From an uncultured Lentisphaerales bacterium (GTDB taxonomy: Bacteria > Verrucomicrobiota > Lentisphaeria > JABSQK01 > CAJWLW01), in contig CAYWQM010000014.1 in the NCBI GenBank assembly GCA_964460215.1, positions 892 to 64,891 on the forward strand: a stretch of DNA of 64,000 nucleotides, in the 5' to 3' direction. The position numbers were made by a program, and so were the translations under genes. The number at the start of each line of letters is the position of its first letter. Position 1 is the stretch's first letter. Positions 10,029-18,893 of this stretch are shown here, one piece after another. The notes below the pieces were generated by a model that searched no databases, was not told the DNA's origin, and saw only the letters and a list, made by a program, of their open reading frames with translations.

Positions 10029-11804
10029 TCAGCTCAGTACGGCCTTTATTCGGCGTACACCGCGGCTCGAGCTCTCTTCTTTCTTGATCTTAAAGCTGCC
10101 GAGTGTGTTCGTGTTCTCCACGTGCGGGCCGCCGCAGATCTCCTTACTGTAGTCGCCGATCGTGTAGACACTGATGCGTTCGCCATAACGTTCCTCGAAG
10201 AGGCCGATGGCGCCGCCTGTTTTTGCTTCGTCCACAGTCATCTCGTCGCGGCTCACCGGGTGGCCCACCTCGATATGCTTGTTGACGATCGTTTCAACTT
10301 CCGTTAGCTGCTCCTTCGTCACCTTTTCCGGATGCGAAAAATCAAAACGCAACCGGTCTGCCGTGATGTTCGAGCCTTTCTGCGCCACATGATCGCCGAG
10401 CACGTCGCGCAACGCCTGGTGCAGCAGGTGGGTGGCTGTATGCAGGCGGGTGGTGTACTCGGAATGATCCTGAAGACCACCCTTGAATTTGTCTTCGGCA
10501 CCCAGGCGTGAAGCGTCCTGATGTTTTTCGAAGGCCTTGTTATAGCCCGTTTCGTCGACCGTGAAATCGCGCTCACCGGCCATCTCGATGGTCAGTTCCA
10601 GGGGGAAGCCATAGGTCTGGTAGAGGTCGAAGGCTTTCCGACCACTGATGATTTTCTTTTCGACGTGTGGTGGAAATTTATCGACCATTTTGTTGAATTC
10701 GCGTTCGCCGCGCTCGAGTGCGGCGGCGAACTGCTCTTCTTCAAGCTCGAGTTCTTTGAGGATGACATCGTTGCGTTGTGCGAGCTCCGGATAGATATCG
10801 GAGTACTCTTTGATTACGACCTCTCCTATCTGGGTACAGAACGGGCTGCCCGTAGCGATCCCCAGCCGGCGCCCTTCACGCACTGCCCGACGGATGAGGC
10901 GACGCAGGATGTATCCCTGGCCGAGGTTGGACGGCGTGATGTCTGTCGACAGAATGAAGGTCGCCGACCGCAGGTGCTCGGCAACGATGCGGCCGCTGCG
11001 GTCCTGGCGCGGATCGGCATGGCCGGATAACTCCTTGAGCCTATCGAACAGCGGCGTGAACAACTCGGTGTCGTAGCAACTGGCGCAGCCTTGCAGGATG
11101 GCAGTAACCCGCTCGACGCCCATGCCGGTATCGACATTCATCTGCGTGAGCGGTTCGAAGGTGCCGTCGGCCGTCTTGTTGTACTGCATGAAGACATCGT
11201 TCCAGATCTCGACCCACTGCTTGTTTTCGGAATCGAAGGTCTCGGGCGCCGCCCCGTCGCCAGTCCAGTAAAACATCTCGGTGTCTGGTCCGCATGGTCC
11301 GGTATTGCCGGCGGGCCCCCACCAGTTGTCCTTCTTTGGCAGTTTGGCGATACGGGTTTCGGCGATGCCGAGCGACTGCCATTTGTCGAGGGACTCCTGG
11401 TCGAGTGGTGCATCCTCGTCACCGGCGAACACGCTGAAAGCGAGACGGTCGACAGGCAAGTTGAGGTAGTCGCTGGAGGTCAGGTACTCGAAGCTGAACT
11501 CGATCGCTTCCTGTTTGAAATAGTCGCCGAGCGACCAGTTGCCGAGCATTTCGAAGAAGGTCAGATGCACGTCGTCGCCGACTTCCTCGATATCGCCGGT
11601 CCGGATGCACTTCTGGTAGTTCACCAGGCGGATTCCGGAAGGATGCGGCTGTCCCATCAGGTACGGCACCAGCGGATGCATGCCGGCTGTCGTGAAGAGA
11701 ACCGTCGGGTCGTTCTCCGGCACCAGCGAGGCACTCTTGATTTCGCTATGGCCTTTGCTTTTGAAAAACTCGATGTAACTGCGTCTGAGTTCCTTGGCAG
11801 TCAT
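10029..11804 (-). CDS. alaS: Alanine--tRNA ligase, short form of 591 aa. Catalytic, tRNA-recognition and editing domains are present; there is no C-Ala domain.
   Basis: N-terminal class-II aaRS AlaRS blocks (FTTAGMHPLVPYL, QKCIRTGDIEEVG, FFEMLGNWSLGDYFK) and editing-site motifs HTATHLLHQA (HxxxH) and CGGPHV (CxxxH). The stop lies 15 nt from the convergent pyrE stop, so there is no room for a C-Ala domain. Confidence 0.85.
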   Translation of the reverse strand: MTAKELRRSYIEFFKSKGHSEIKSASLVPENDPTVLFTTAGMHPLVPYLMGQPHPSGIRLVNYQKCIRTGDIEEVGDDVHLTFFEMLGNWSLGDYFKQEAIEFSFEYLTSSDYLNLPVDRLAFSVFAGDEDAPLDQESLDKWQSLGIAETRIAKLPKKDNWWGPAGNTGPCGPDTEMFYWTGDGAAPETFDSENKQWVEIWNDVFMQYNKTADGTFEPLTQMNVDTGMGVERVTAILQGCASCYDTELFTPLFDRLKELSGHADPRQDRSGRIVAEHLRSATFILSTDITPSNLGQGYILRRLIRRAVREGRRLGIATGSPFCTQIGEVVIKEYSDIYPELAQRNDVILKELELEEEQFAAALERGEREFNKMVDKFPPHVEKKIISGRKAFDLYQTYGFPLELTIEMAGERDFTVDETGYNKAFEKHQDASRLGAEDKFKGGLQDHSEYTTRLHTATHLLHQALRDVLGDHVAQKGSNITADRLRFDFSHPEKVTKEQLTEVETIVNKHIEVGHPVSRDEMTVDEAKTGGAIGLFEERYGERISVYTIGDYSKEICGGPHVENTNTLGSFKIKKEESSSRGVRRIKAVLS

Positions 11805-12030
11805 AAAAAACCTCGATAGTCAGAGGGATTCACAGGCAAATCGCGGCAAATTTTAGTATAATGGTACATCGCTTGTGATGCAACGGATTAGCGACGACCT
11901 GCAGTACTTGTGTTCACTTTGGGAATCCAGGCATCTCGCCTGATCGTGGGAGATGTGCTTTTTAACCTAACCCAACATACCGCAGTGCGGGGAGCCGCCG
12001 ATTAACACGCGGATATTGTAAGGCGGGCAT

Positions 12031-12070
12031 AAAAAAGGCTTTCAGGAATTCCTGAAAGCCTTTTTGAAAA
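12031..12070. terminator. Bidirectional rho-independent terminator: a perfect 12-bp stem (AAGGCTTTCAGG/CCTGAAAGCCTT, loop AATT) flanked by an A-run and a T-run
   Basis: Read directly. It sits immediately downstream of the minus-strand secreted-protein gene that ends at 12087. Confidence 0.6.
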
Positions 12071-12086
12071 GTTTTTGCCGCCGACT

Positions 12087-12554
12087 TTACGGATTGAGGA
12101 TAGAGGCGATATGATCGTCGATAACTTGTTGAATATAGGCACCGCACTCTGTCGTATCGGCAACGCCGGGGACGGCGCTGTCATCGCAGACGTCGAATGG
12201 GGTGGTGCCGCTACTGATCAAGCTTCCAATCAACACCTGGGCGCTCGTCAGGTTTGACTGGCTGGCGAGTTGCACGCATAGTTCGGCGAAAACACTGTCA
12301 ACCAGTACACTGCAGGGTTGGCAGGCGCAACCATAGATCGTTTGTGGGATGAACGTCGATTCGATTGTCTCGCCGTCGGCAATAGTGCTGGCTCCACCGG
12401 TGCTGGCGATGCTGCCGTAGATGGAATAACTGCCGTTGTCCGAAGAACCGCCGCCGCCGGTAACCGCCTCTGGGCAAATGGTTTCGTCGGAACCCAGTAC
12501 ACCGCCGGGTGCACAAAGGCATGCTGCAATAACAAATCCGAGAACCTTTTTCAT
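12087..12554 (-). CDS. Small secreted Cys/Gly/Ser-rich hypothetical protein (signal peptide, 8 cysteines)
   Basis: 155 aa with an N-terminal MKKVLGFVIAACLCAPGG signal-like segment. A terminator lies just downstream. No family recognised. Confidence 0.55.
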   Translation of the reverse strand: MKKVLGFVIAACLCAPGGVLGSDETICPEAVTGGGGSSDNGSYSIYGSIASTGGASTIADGETIESTFIPQTIYGCACQPCSVLVDSVFAELCVQLASQSNLTSAQVLIGSLISSGTTPFDVCDDSAVPGVADTTECGAYIQQVIDDHIASILNP

Positions 12555-12791
12555 ATTTTTACCCTCGCAATAACCTGGTTAAACCGCGGGTTCTCCCGCA
12601 GGTTAATACAGAAAGTATAAGAAATACCGCAAGCGATTGCAAGAAAAAAAAACAAGCCTGTTTCGGCGGCCTCCGCTGGCCGCCCATTTTTCTTGCCTGC
12701 GGGGCCCGGAGAGCAGGTAGAACAGGGCTTTTGGCCGAGTGGCGGTACGACGTCACGTCCCAGCGTTCGCGGGACTTGTGCTGCCAAGGGG

Positions 12792-13616
12792 TCAGTCGCT
12801 GCCGGCGAAATTCGAGGATTCGCCCAGGCCTTCTGGGCCCATGGCGTTATAGCCGCCGTCCACAGGCAGATCCGTGCCGGTGATGAACGAGGCGTCGTCA
12901 CTGAGCAGGAAGAGTGCCGGGCCGGTCATCTCGATCGGGTCGGCACAGCGACGCAACATGGAGAATTTACCCCACACCGGATCCCATTTCTCGATTCCAC
13001 CACCGGCGGTCTCTGCGGCCTTGATCACCTCGCGTGTCCAAGTCCAGCCCGGGCTGATGCTGTTCACACGGATATTGAACGGCGACAGGTCGAGCGCCTG
13101 GCACCGGGTCAATTGCGACACGGCCCCTTTGGAAGCGTTGTAGGTCCAGCGGTCGCCCTGGGCGATATTGGCGGAGATGCTTGAGATGTTGAGAATGGCG
13201 CCGCCACCGGCGTTTTTCATTGGTGTCGCGGCAAATTGCGTCATACGCGCATAGCCGACGGGGCCGACGAACAGGCTGCGCTCCCAGTCTTCGCCAGTGG
13301 CGTCGAGGCCGGCGGCATTGAAGGAGAATGCGTTGTTGACCAGATAATTGACGGCACCGAATGTCTCGACGGCCGTATCGACGACTGTGCGGCAAAAGTT
13401 TTCCTGCATATGATCGCCCAGGCAGAACCGGACGTTGTATCCAGCCGCCTTCATCTCGGTCTCCGTCTCGGCGCCTTCCGGTTCGATCCCGGAGAAGACC
13501 ACGGCGGCACCTTCGCGGCAGAGATCTTCGGTTATCGCGCGACAGATCCAGAAGGATCCGCCGGTGACGATCGCGACTTTACCGTCGAATCGATCAGTGA
13601 TTGCCCGGCGTTCCAT
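12792..13616 (-). CDS. SDR-family oxidoreductase (short-chain dehydrogenase/reductase)
   Basis: Start placed at the ATG giving MERRAITDRFDGKVAIVTGGS (Rossmann TGxxxG), with a catalytic YNASK motif. GGAGAA RBS upstream of 13616. The longer track ORF (to 13889) has a non-protein-like N-terminal extension. Confidence 0.85.
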   Translation of the reverse strand: MERRAITDRFDGKVAIVTGGSFWICRAITEDLCREGAAVVFSGIEPEGAETETEMKAAGYNVRFCLGDHMQENFCRTVVDTAVETFGAVNYLVNNAFSFNAAGLDATGEDWERSLFVGPVGYARMTQFAATPMKNAGGGAILNISSISANIAQGDRWTYNASKGAVSQLTRCQALDLSPFNIRVNSISPGWTWTREVIKAAETAGGGIEKWDPVWGKFSMLRRCADPIEMTGPALFLLSDDASFITGTDLPVDGGYNAMGPEGLGESSNFAGSD

Positions 13617-13641
13617 GTTTACAATTCTCCGTCTTTGCAGA

Positions 13642-14946
13642 TCAGTTCCATATGTGTGGGTCGCCACCCTCGACCACCGGCATTTTCGGCTTGATGCGTG
13701 ACGGCGCTTCGGCCGGTGCAGCCTTGACCGGCAGGGTGCCGGTGGGGGTGAGTATGCTGTTGAGCGCATCGACTCCCGGCGCATCGACCGCCAGCAGCGT
13801 GGCCGTTGTCGAGTTCCGATTGAACCCGACGTAGACGCGGCCATTGTCTTCAATCTCGCCATGCACCTTGTCGATGTGCAGAACGCCATAGGTCAGGCGT
13901 TCAACCCGGTCGTAATTGCGATTACCCTTGCCGACGCCTTGTCCGGTGATCGCGACGTAGGCCGGGCCGTCGGTGGAGAAATGATTCTTTTGACCCCCAG
14001 TGACATCGGCACGGCGCTTGAGCTTGGCACCTTTGATCGGGTGGTTCTTGCCAAGCTGGGCCCATACCCAGCTGCCCAGGGATTCGGCATTGGCGTTGCG
14101 GTGATTGGTGAAATCGGCCGCGGACTGTGCAGCAGCGGCCCGTGCAGCATCTGCTTTCTGGGCGGCGGCAATGCGCGCAGTTTCGTTCTGCGCTGCTCGG
14201 AGCTGTGCTTCATTGGCTGCGGCCAGTTGCGTGCGTGAATATTCGCGACCGTCCGCGAATACCATATCGGTATCTTTGGTGAGGCGGGTCAACGCAGTCT
14301 CCATGGCGCCCTGGTAAGCAGCGCGGATTTTTGTTTTGGCTGGGGCGCTGCCCGAGCCGTCGCAGCGTCGGCACTTGCCGGGTCGTGTGCCGGAACCGCC
14401 ACATGCCTGGCAGTTGCCGCTGCCATGGCACTTGGGGCAGTTGCGTGTTGTCGCCTCCAGCCCATCGGTCGTGGTCGCAACCTGGCCGTTCTTGCACGAT
14501 TTTCGGATGCATTTGCCATCGGTAATGGGCCTCCCGGTCTTATACGATGTGCACTTGTCACAGCGTCGCGAGCCTTTGCCGGTGCCGGTGCATTTTGAAC
14601 AGGTGTCGTGGATGTTCATCTGATTGAGGAGCGTTTCGTAGCCGACGTCGGGCAACAGCTTATCGAGGAATTTACCGACTTTCTCCGCGGCCTTGTCCTC
14701 GCCGTGCAGCGTACAGCCGAGCGCCAGCGCGATGAGGACGTCGGTGTTTGCTTTGCCGTCCTTGCGCTTGAGCATGGTACGATACAGGGAGCTGACAGCA
14801 TTTTTGTCGTCCGGGTTCAGGTAGGCAGCCTTGGCTGCCGGCACGATGACGGCCCTGGCCTCGCTTTCCCGATCGGCGGCTGCCGGTAGAGCGGCCAGGA
14901 GGGATGCGATGAAAAGGATAGAAAAACAGGTGGTTCCGAGGTTCAT
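13642..14946 (-). CDS. Secreted protein with four DnaJ-type CxxCxGxG zinc-finger repeats (CR-domain-like) plus Ala/Gln-rich coiled-coil-like and C-terminal regions
   Basis: Signal peptide MNLGTTCFSILFIASLLAALPAAA. Repeats CSKCTGTG, CPKCHGSG, CQACGGSG, CRRCDGSG, plus extra CxxC pairs. Start at 14946 is supported by GGAGAC 8 nt upstream; the track ORF begins 6 codons earlier. Confidence 0.7.
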   Translation of the reverse strand: MNLGTTCFSILFIASLLAALPAAADRESEARAVIVPAAKAAYLNPDDKNAVSSLYRTMLKRKDGKANTDVLIALALGCTLHGEDKAAEKVGKFLDKLLPDVGYETLLNQMNIHDTCSKCTGTGKGSRRCDKCTSYKTGRPITDGKCIRKSCKNGQVATTTDGLEATTRNCPKCHGSGNCQACGGSGTRPGKCRRCDGSGSAPAKTKIRAAYQGAMETALTRLTKDTDMVFADGREYSRTQLAAANEAQLRAAQNETARIAAAQKADAARAAAAQSAADFTNHRNANAESLGSWVWAQLGKNHPIKGAKLKRRADVTGGQKNHFSTDGPAYVAITGQGVGKGNRNYDRVERLTYGVLHIDKVHGEIEDNGRVYVGFNRNSTTATLLAVDAPGVDALNSILTPTGTLPVKAAPAEAPSRIKPKMPVVEGGDPHIWN

Positions 14947-15051
14947 GAAGCTGTCTCCGTGCATTTGCCGAATTTACGCAATTTCGGAACAGAAAAATAT
15001 AGAGTTTTGCTTCGAAATGCAAGGTCTTCCCGGGCAGACCGGGGCCAGTTG

Positions 15052-16197
15052 TTAAGGATCATCATTGGCCACCGTCAGCTCCATGACATGCACGTACATT
15101 CCGGAAAACAGGTACAGCCTCCCACCGATACGCCACGGGGAGATACAGCCGTCGGCAGGCGACCAACGTGAATAACCGCGTGGATCTCGAGTGACGGTTT
15201 TAAAGTCGGATGTCCTGCCGAAAATGAGCCGGTTGTCGCCGTCAAACCGGACGCTTTCCTGCCAAGCCAGCAGATATTCGGGATGCCCCGCGGCATTTGT
15301 GCCGAGATAGCCAACAAATGCCGGCCGATAGACCCCGTCGCGGCCATCGCCGCCGTCGTTCTGGTGGATGACGGGATTCTCGGTGAAGTATTTCCAGGTG
15401 CGGCCGTCGGCTGAGGTGCCGAATCCGAGGGACGGCGGTGTGCCGTCGGTCGAGGTGCCGCGCAGGAAAGCCAGCCAACGGCCGTCCGGCAGACATTGGA
15501 CGGCATGGTATGATGACGCCTCGTTCATCCATGCGGCGTCGGTCACTGGCAGCACCGGCCGCCACGGCGGCATCGTACCGTCGGCGTGCTCGACTGTCCA
15601 CTGGTGGGAGGCGAGATCCGCAGTCGTTGCCAGGGCCGTGGTCTGGTAGTTGGTTTTGGTGTGGGCGTGATTGAAGTAATGGAAGTACATGAACCAGAGC
15701 TGCGCGGCCTCGTTCCACACCACCCATGGACTGGAGTTGTGTGAGGGGTCGTCCGGGTTAGGGTTGTCGGCGTGGAAGCTCGGGACCACCTGGTTGTCAT
15801 TGCGGCCGGGGACTCTCACATCTTTCGAATACGGTCCGGCTATCTGGTCGGCGACCGCCACGCCGATACCGGAACGCGGATCGTGGTGGGCATAGTAGAG
15901 ATAATATCTGCCGTCCGGCTGTGGTCCATGGTCGTTGCGCGCGACGGTCGGATATCCGAGGCTGGCGCCGCCGCCGGCCGGCCAGTTCGGATTTTTCCAG
16001 GTCGAATGCTCCCAGTCCTCGGACTGTCGTAAAATCCGGTGTGTCTCGACCACTTCGAGCGGCAGGTCACCATCGAGGTCCGACAAGTCGACACATTTTA
16101 AGTTGTTATCCAGCACCATGCGAGGCAGCGTATCGCCGACACTGGAACTCACGGCCATGAGGGCTGCGAGCAGGATAAACAAGCGATTATACTGCAT
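15052..16197 (-). CDS. Secreted hypothetical protein, possibly a beta-propeller glycoside-hydrolase-like fold
   Basis: 381 aa with an N-terminal signal peptide (MQYNRLFILLAALMAVSSSVG). Trp/Asp-rich composition. Overlaps the upstream minus-strand gene by 11 nt. Family not confidently recognised. Confidence 0.6.
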   Translation of the reverse strand: MQYNRLFILLAALMAVSSSVGDTLPRMVLDNNLKCVDLSDLDGDLPLEVVETHRILRQSEDWEHSTWKNPNWPAGGGASLGYPTVARNDHGPQPDGRYYLYYAHHDPRSGIGVAVADQIAGPYSKDVRVPGRNDNQVVPSFHADNPNPDDPSHNSSPWVVWNEAAQLWFMYFHYFNHAHTKTNYQTTALATTADLASHQWTVEHADGTMPPWRPVLPVTDAAWMNEASSYHAVQCLPDGRWLAFLRGTSTDGTPPSLGFGTSADGRTWKYFTENPVIHQNDGGDGRDGVYRPAFVGYLGTNAAGHPEYLLAWQESVRFDGDNRLIFGRTSDFKTVTRDPRGYSRWSPADGCISPWRIGGRLYLFSGMYVHVMELTVANDDP

Positions 16198-17773
16198 CGA
16201 AATAAGTCAGGTCCGCCCCGAAGTTTTCCATCGTTGCAACGCTGTCACCGCGTAGATCGACGCAGATCGGCTGAATATGCAGCTTGCCGGAGAGGGTGAG
16301 CTTATTGCTGACCAACGGCATCTGCAGGCGGATCGTCTCGCCGGCGGCGACGTTGCTGAAAAACAGATAGCCCCCCGTCCGCCGCTGCGGCGGTTTGCTG
16401 TTGGCGATCGTGATGTCGTCGGGCCGCAGCCATGGCGGCATCCGCACCGACAGCGGTCCGGAGTGTTTCGGTGTGATCGCCAGGCAGTCATTGGTATATG
16501 GCGATTCAAGACGGGCAGCGTCGTTGTCGACGTCGAACAGCAGATTAACAGAGATGCCGGCAGGCCCGCGTCGGGCGGCTTCGCGCCACGCCTCACACAG
16601 CGAACCTACAACGCCACCGACGATGTCCATGTTGAACGAAATACGACCGTTGTCCTTGCCCGCGCCGACGGAGGAATGGCCGTACGGTGCCGGGAAGCCG
16701 AAAGCGCCGAGGTGGCGGTCGGCGACGTTGCGCAGGCCGTCGAGTCCCTCCGGGTTCGGCGGGTCGACGATCCACGACGTATCGCGCACCTGACACGGCA
16801 GCAGGTGACAGCGCAGGATACGCTCGGCATCGTGATAGCACTCGGCATAGCCCCAGCGCCCGAGAATCAGCGCGGTCTCGAGGATGTCACCGCTGTTGTT
16901 GGCTTCGCCGTGATCGGATCCTTCCTGGCCGACAATTTCCGGTGACCAGCCGATCTCGTCGCGCATCTGTAACAGGCCGTTGTCATAGAACGCCTTGACT
17001 ATCGACATCAGGTTGGCGTCTCTGAGCAGGTCCGCCAGTTGTGCCAGCGACGAAAGCACACAGGTGATCGAGTGGATGTGATTCGTTACGAAGCGGTCGG
17101 GATCAAAGCTGCCGTCCGCCGTGAAGAACCGTGTAACGGCTATTTCCTTCATGACCAGCGCCAGTTCGAGTGCCGGGCCGTAACCGGTGGCCCGGTAATA
17201 CTTGACCAGCGGCCCGATCATGCGTCCCTCGCCGAGGATGAAGTGCCCGGCTCCCTGTACGTTGAGTCCGAGCATTTCCAGCCTCGGCACGTCCCATCCG
17301 TCCTCTGCGGTCCAGTAGTCGTTGACCGTGTCGATACAGCGTTCGGCCAGGGTGCGAGCATCGTTGTCGTCGCGGAAAGTCACCAGTGCGCCGAGTGCGT
17401 GCATGCCTTCGCGCAGGTTGTGCGGGACGAAATTGAGCGGCTCCGCATCGATCGTCTGGCGATTGAGTGGCAGCGGCAACTTGCCATTGAATGACAGGAA
17501 CGCAGCGCGCCGGTGGTTATCGACGGCTTTCTCGTCGATGTCGATGCCCAGGGCATCCTCGGCGTTCAGCAAGGCATTGAGGTGGCGTCCTGGTACATGC
17601 GCCTCGCTGTGATAGGAACAGCTGCCTAAAGCCGTTTCCGGCCGCACTTTCGAGCTGAAAAACGGGACGTTGTCGTCATCGGCGTTGAAGACGCAGTGCA
17701 TCGTCCGGCAACCCAGCTCGATAGCGGCGGGGATGCTGGTCGTGTTGACGCTTTGAACTCGGGTCATTGGCAT
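16187..17773 (-). CDS. Large hypothetical protein of about 528 aa, possibly an alpha/alpha-barrel-type enzyme. Function unknown.
   Basis: Long clean ORF. Start placed at 17773 (MPMTRVQ…), which leaves a 25-nt gap to the upstream SPFH gene rather than a 44-nt overlap. No RBS. Homology not recognised from sequence alone. Confidence 0.55.
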   Translation of the reverse strand: MPMTRVQSVNTTSIPAAIELGCRTMHCVFNADDDNVPFFSSKVRPETALGSCSYHSEAHVPGRHLNALLNAEDALGIDIDEKAVDNHRRAAFLSFNGKLPLPLNRQTIDAEPLNFVPHNLREGMHALGALVTFRDDNDARTLAERCIDTVNDYWTAEDGWDVPRLEMLGLNVQGAGHFILGEGRMIGPLVKYYRATGYGPALELALVMKEIAVTRFFTADGSFDPDRFVTNHIHSITCVLSSLAQLADLLRDANLMSIVKAFYDNGLLQMRDEIGWSPEIVGQEGSDHGEANNSGDILETALILGRWGYAECYHDAERILRCHLLPCQVRDTSWIVDPPNPEGLDGLRNVADRHLGAFGFPAPYGHSSVGAGKDNGRISFNMDIVGGVVGSLCEAWREAARRGPAGISVNLLFDVDNDAARLESPYTNDCLAITPKHSGPLSVRMPPWLRPDDITIANSKPPQRRTGGYLFFSNVAAGETIRLQMPLVSNKLTLSGKLHIQPICVDLRGDSVATMENFGADLTYFDAV

Positions 17774-17798
17774 CTTGTCCGGCCGACTGCGAGGCGCG

Positions 17799-18893
17799 CT
17801 ATTTCCCTGCCGCTTCCTGCGGCAGCAGGCGGCGGAGAACATCCTCGATACTCAACGGATCCATAGCCCCGTCACGATTCGAGTTGACGATGATGCGATT
17901 GAACTGCAATCCCTGAATAGCCTGCATGGCGTTGTAGTAATTGCCGCCCGGCTCACTAAGCGCGGCGGTCAGGCCTTCGATGCGCATCGCCTCTTCGAGC
18001 TGCAGCAACAGCTTTGCGCGTGCCTCGGACTCGGTGTAGACGCGATCGGCTTCAGCCTGTGTTGCCTTGACGTACAACACGGTCTGAGCATCAATTTCGG
18101 CAATGGCGATCTCGTTGGCGCTGCGTAACTCCTGCAACTTCTTGTCCCACTCGGCTTCCGCGATCTTTACGGCGGCCTTGATCTCTCGCTCCATGCCCTT
18201 GGTGACCTTCTCTTCCTCGAACTGTCCGAGCTTCGCCTCCTCCAGCTTGGAAAGCTGTTTCTGCAGCTGTTTGTCCTGCAGTTTGCTCTCGTACTCGGTT
18301 TGGAATTGCAGGCCCCGGATGAGGATCGACTCTGCCTTGAGATGGAACACTGCCAACTCCGCGTTGAGGACGGTTACGGTGGAGCCCTGGAGTGCCATGC
18401 GCATATCGGTGTCCTGATACTCTTCCGAGGTCAGCTTGGCGAGCTCAGAGCGCAACACGCCTTCCATCGTCGACTGTGCGCGGTCCTGATAACTGCGCTG
18501 GATACCGTCCTGGACGATCTGGTGAGCTTTATCGGGGATGATACTGTAGAGCACGCTGACGTCGAGATACGCGATGTTGTTGTCCCGGGTCCGAATGTTC
18601 ATTGTCTTGCGAAGGCGGATGTTGTGCGACACCTGCTGCTGAGCGGTATCCTTGCCGACGAAGTGAATCACGTGCATGCGCTGGTCAAGCATGTGCCAGC
18701 GGTACAGCGGGCGAAACGAGAAATGATAGCCCATGCCATGGTCCTCGGCGACGACACCACCGGCGCCGAAGAGATGTTGTTGCACACCGAAGGTGGCAAC
18801 GGGCACCTTTTGGAAGAACATGCCGAGCAGCACCAGTTTGATGAGAAGGGCGATCAGGACGAGACCGGCGATCGTATAGAGGACTTTTCTCAT
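17799..18893 (-). CDS. SPFH/band-7 family protein (HflK/HflC/prohibitin-like), membrane-anchored
   Basis: 364 aa with an N-terminal TM (YTIAGLVLIALLIKLVLL), then an SPFH-like region and a long coiled-coil tail. 4-nt overlap (ATGA) with the upstream paralogue. Confidence 0.8.
   Translation of the reverse strand: MRKVLYTIAGLVLIALLIKLVLLGMFFQKVPVATFGVQQHLFGAGGVVAEDHGMGYHFSFRPLYRWHMLDQRMHVIHFVGKDTAQQQVSHNIRLRKTMNIRTRDNNIAYLDVSVLYSIIPDKAHQIVQDGIQRSYQDRAQSTMEGVLRSELAKLTSEEYQDTDMRMALQGSTVTVLNAELAVFHLKAESILIRGLQFQTEYESKLQDKQLQKQLSKLEEAKLGQFEEEKVTKGMEREIKAAVKIAEAEWDKKLQELRSANEIAIAEIDAQTVLYVKATQAEADRVYTESEARAKLLLQLEEAMRIEGLTAALSEPGGNYYNAMQAIQGLQFNRIIVNSNRDGAMDPLSIEDVLRRLLPQEAAGK

Noticed and set aside
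12640-12700. GGCGGCC-N6-GGCCGCC hairpin followed by CATTTTT, as a terminator
   Set aside because: On the plus strand there is no gene to terminate. For the minus-strand SDR gene the T-run is about 12 nt away from the stem. Left uncalled.
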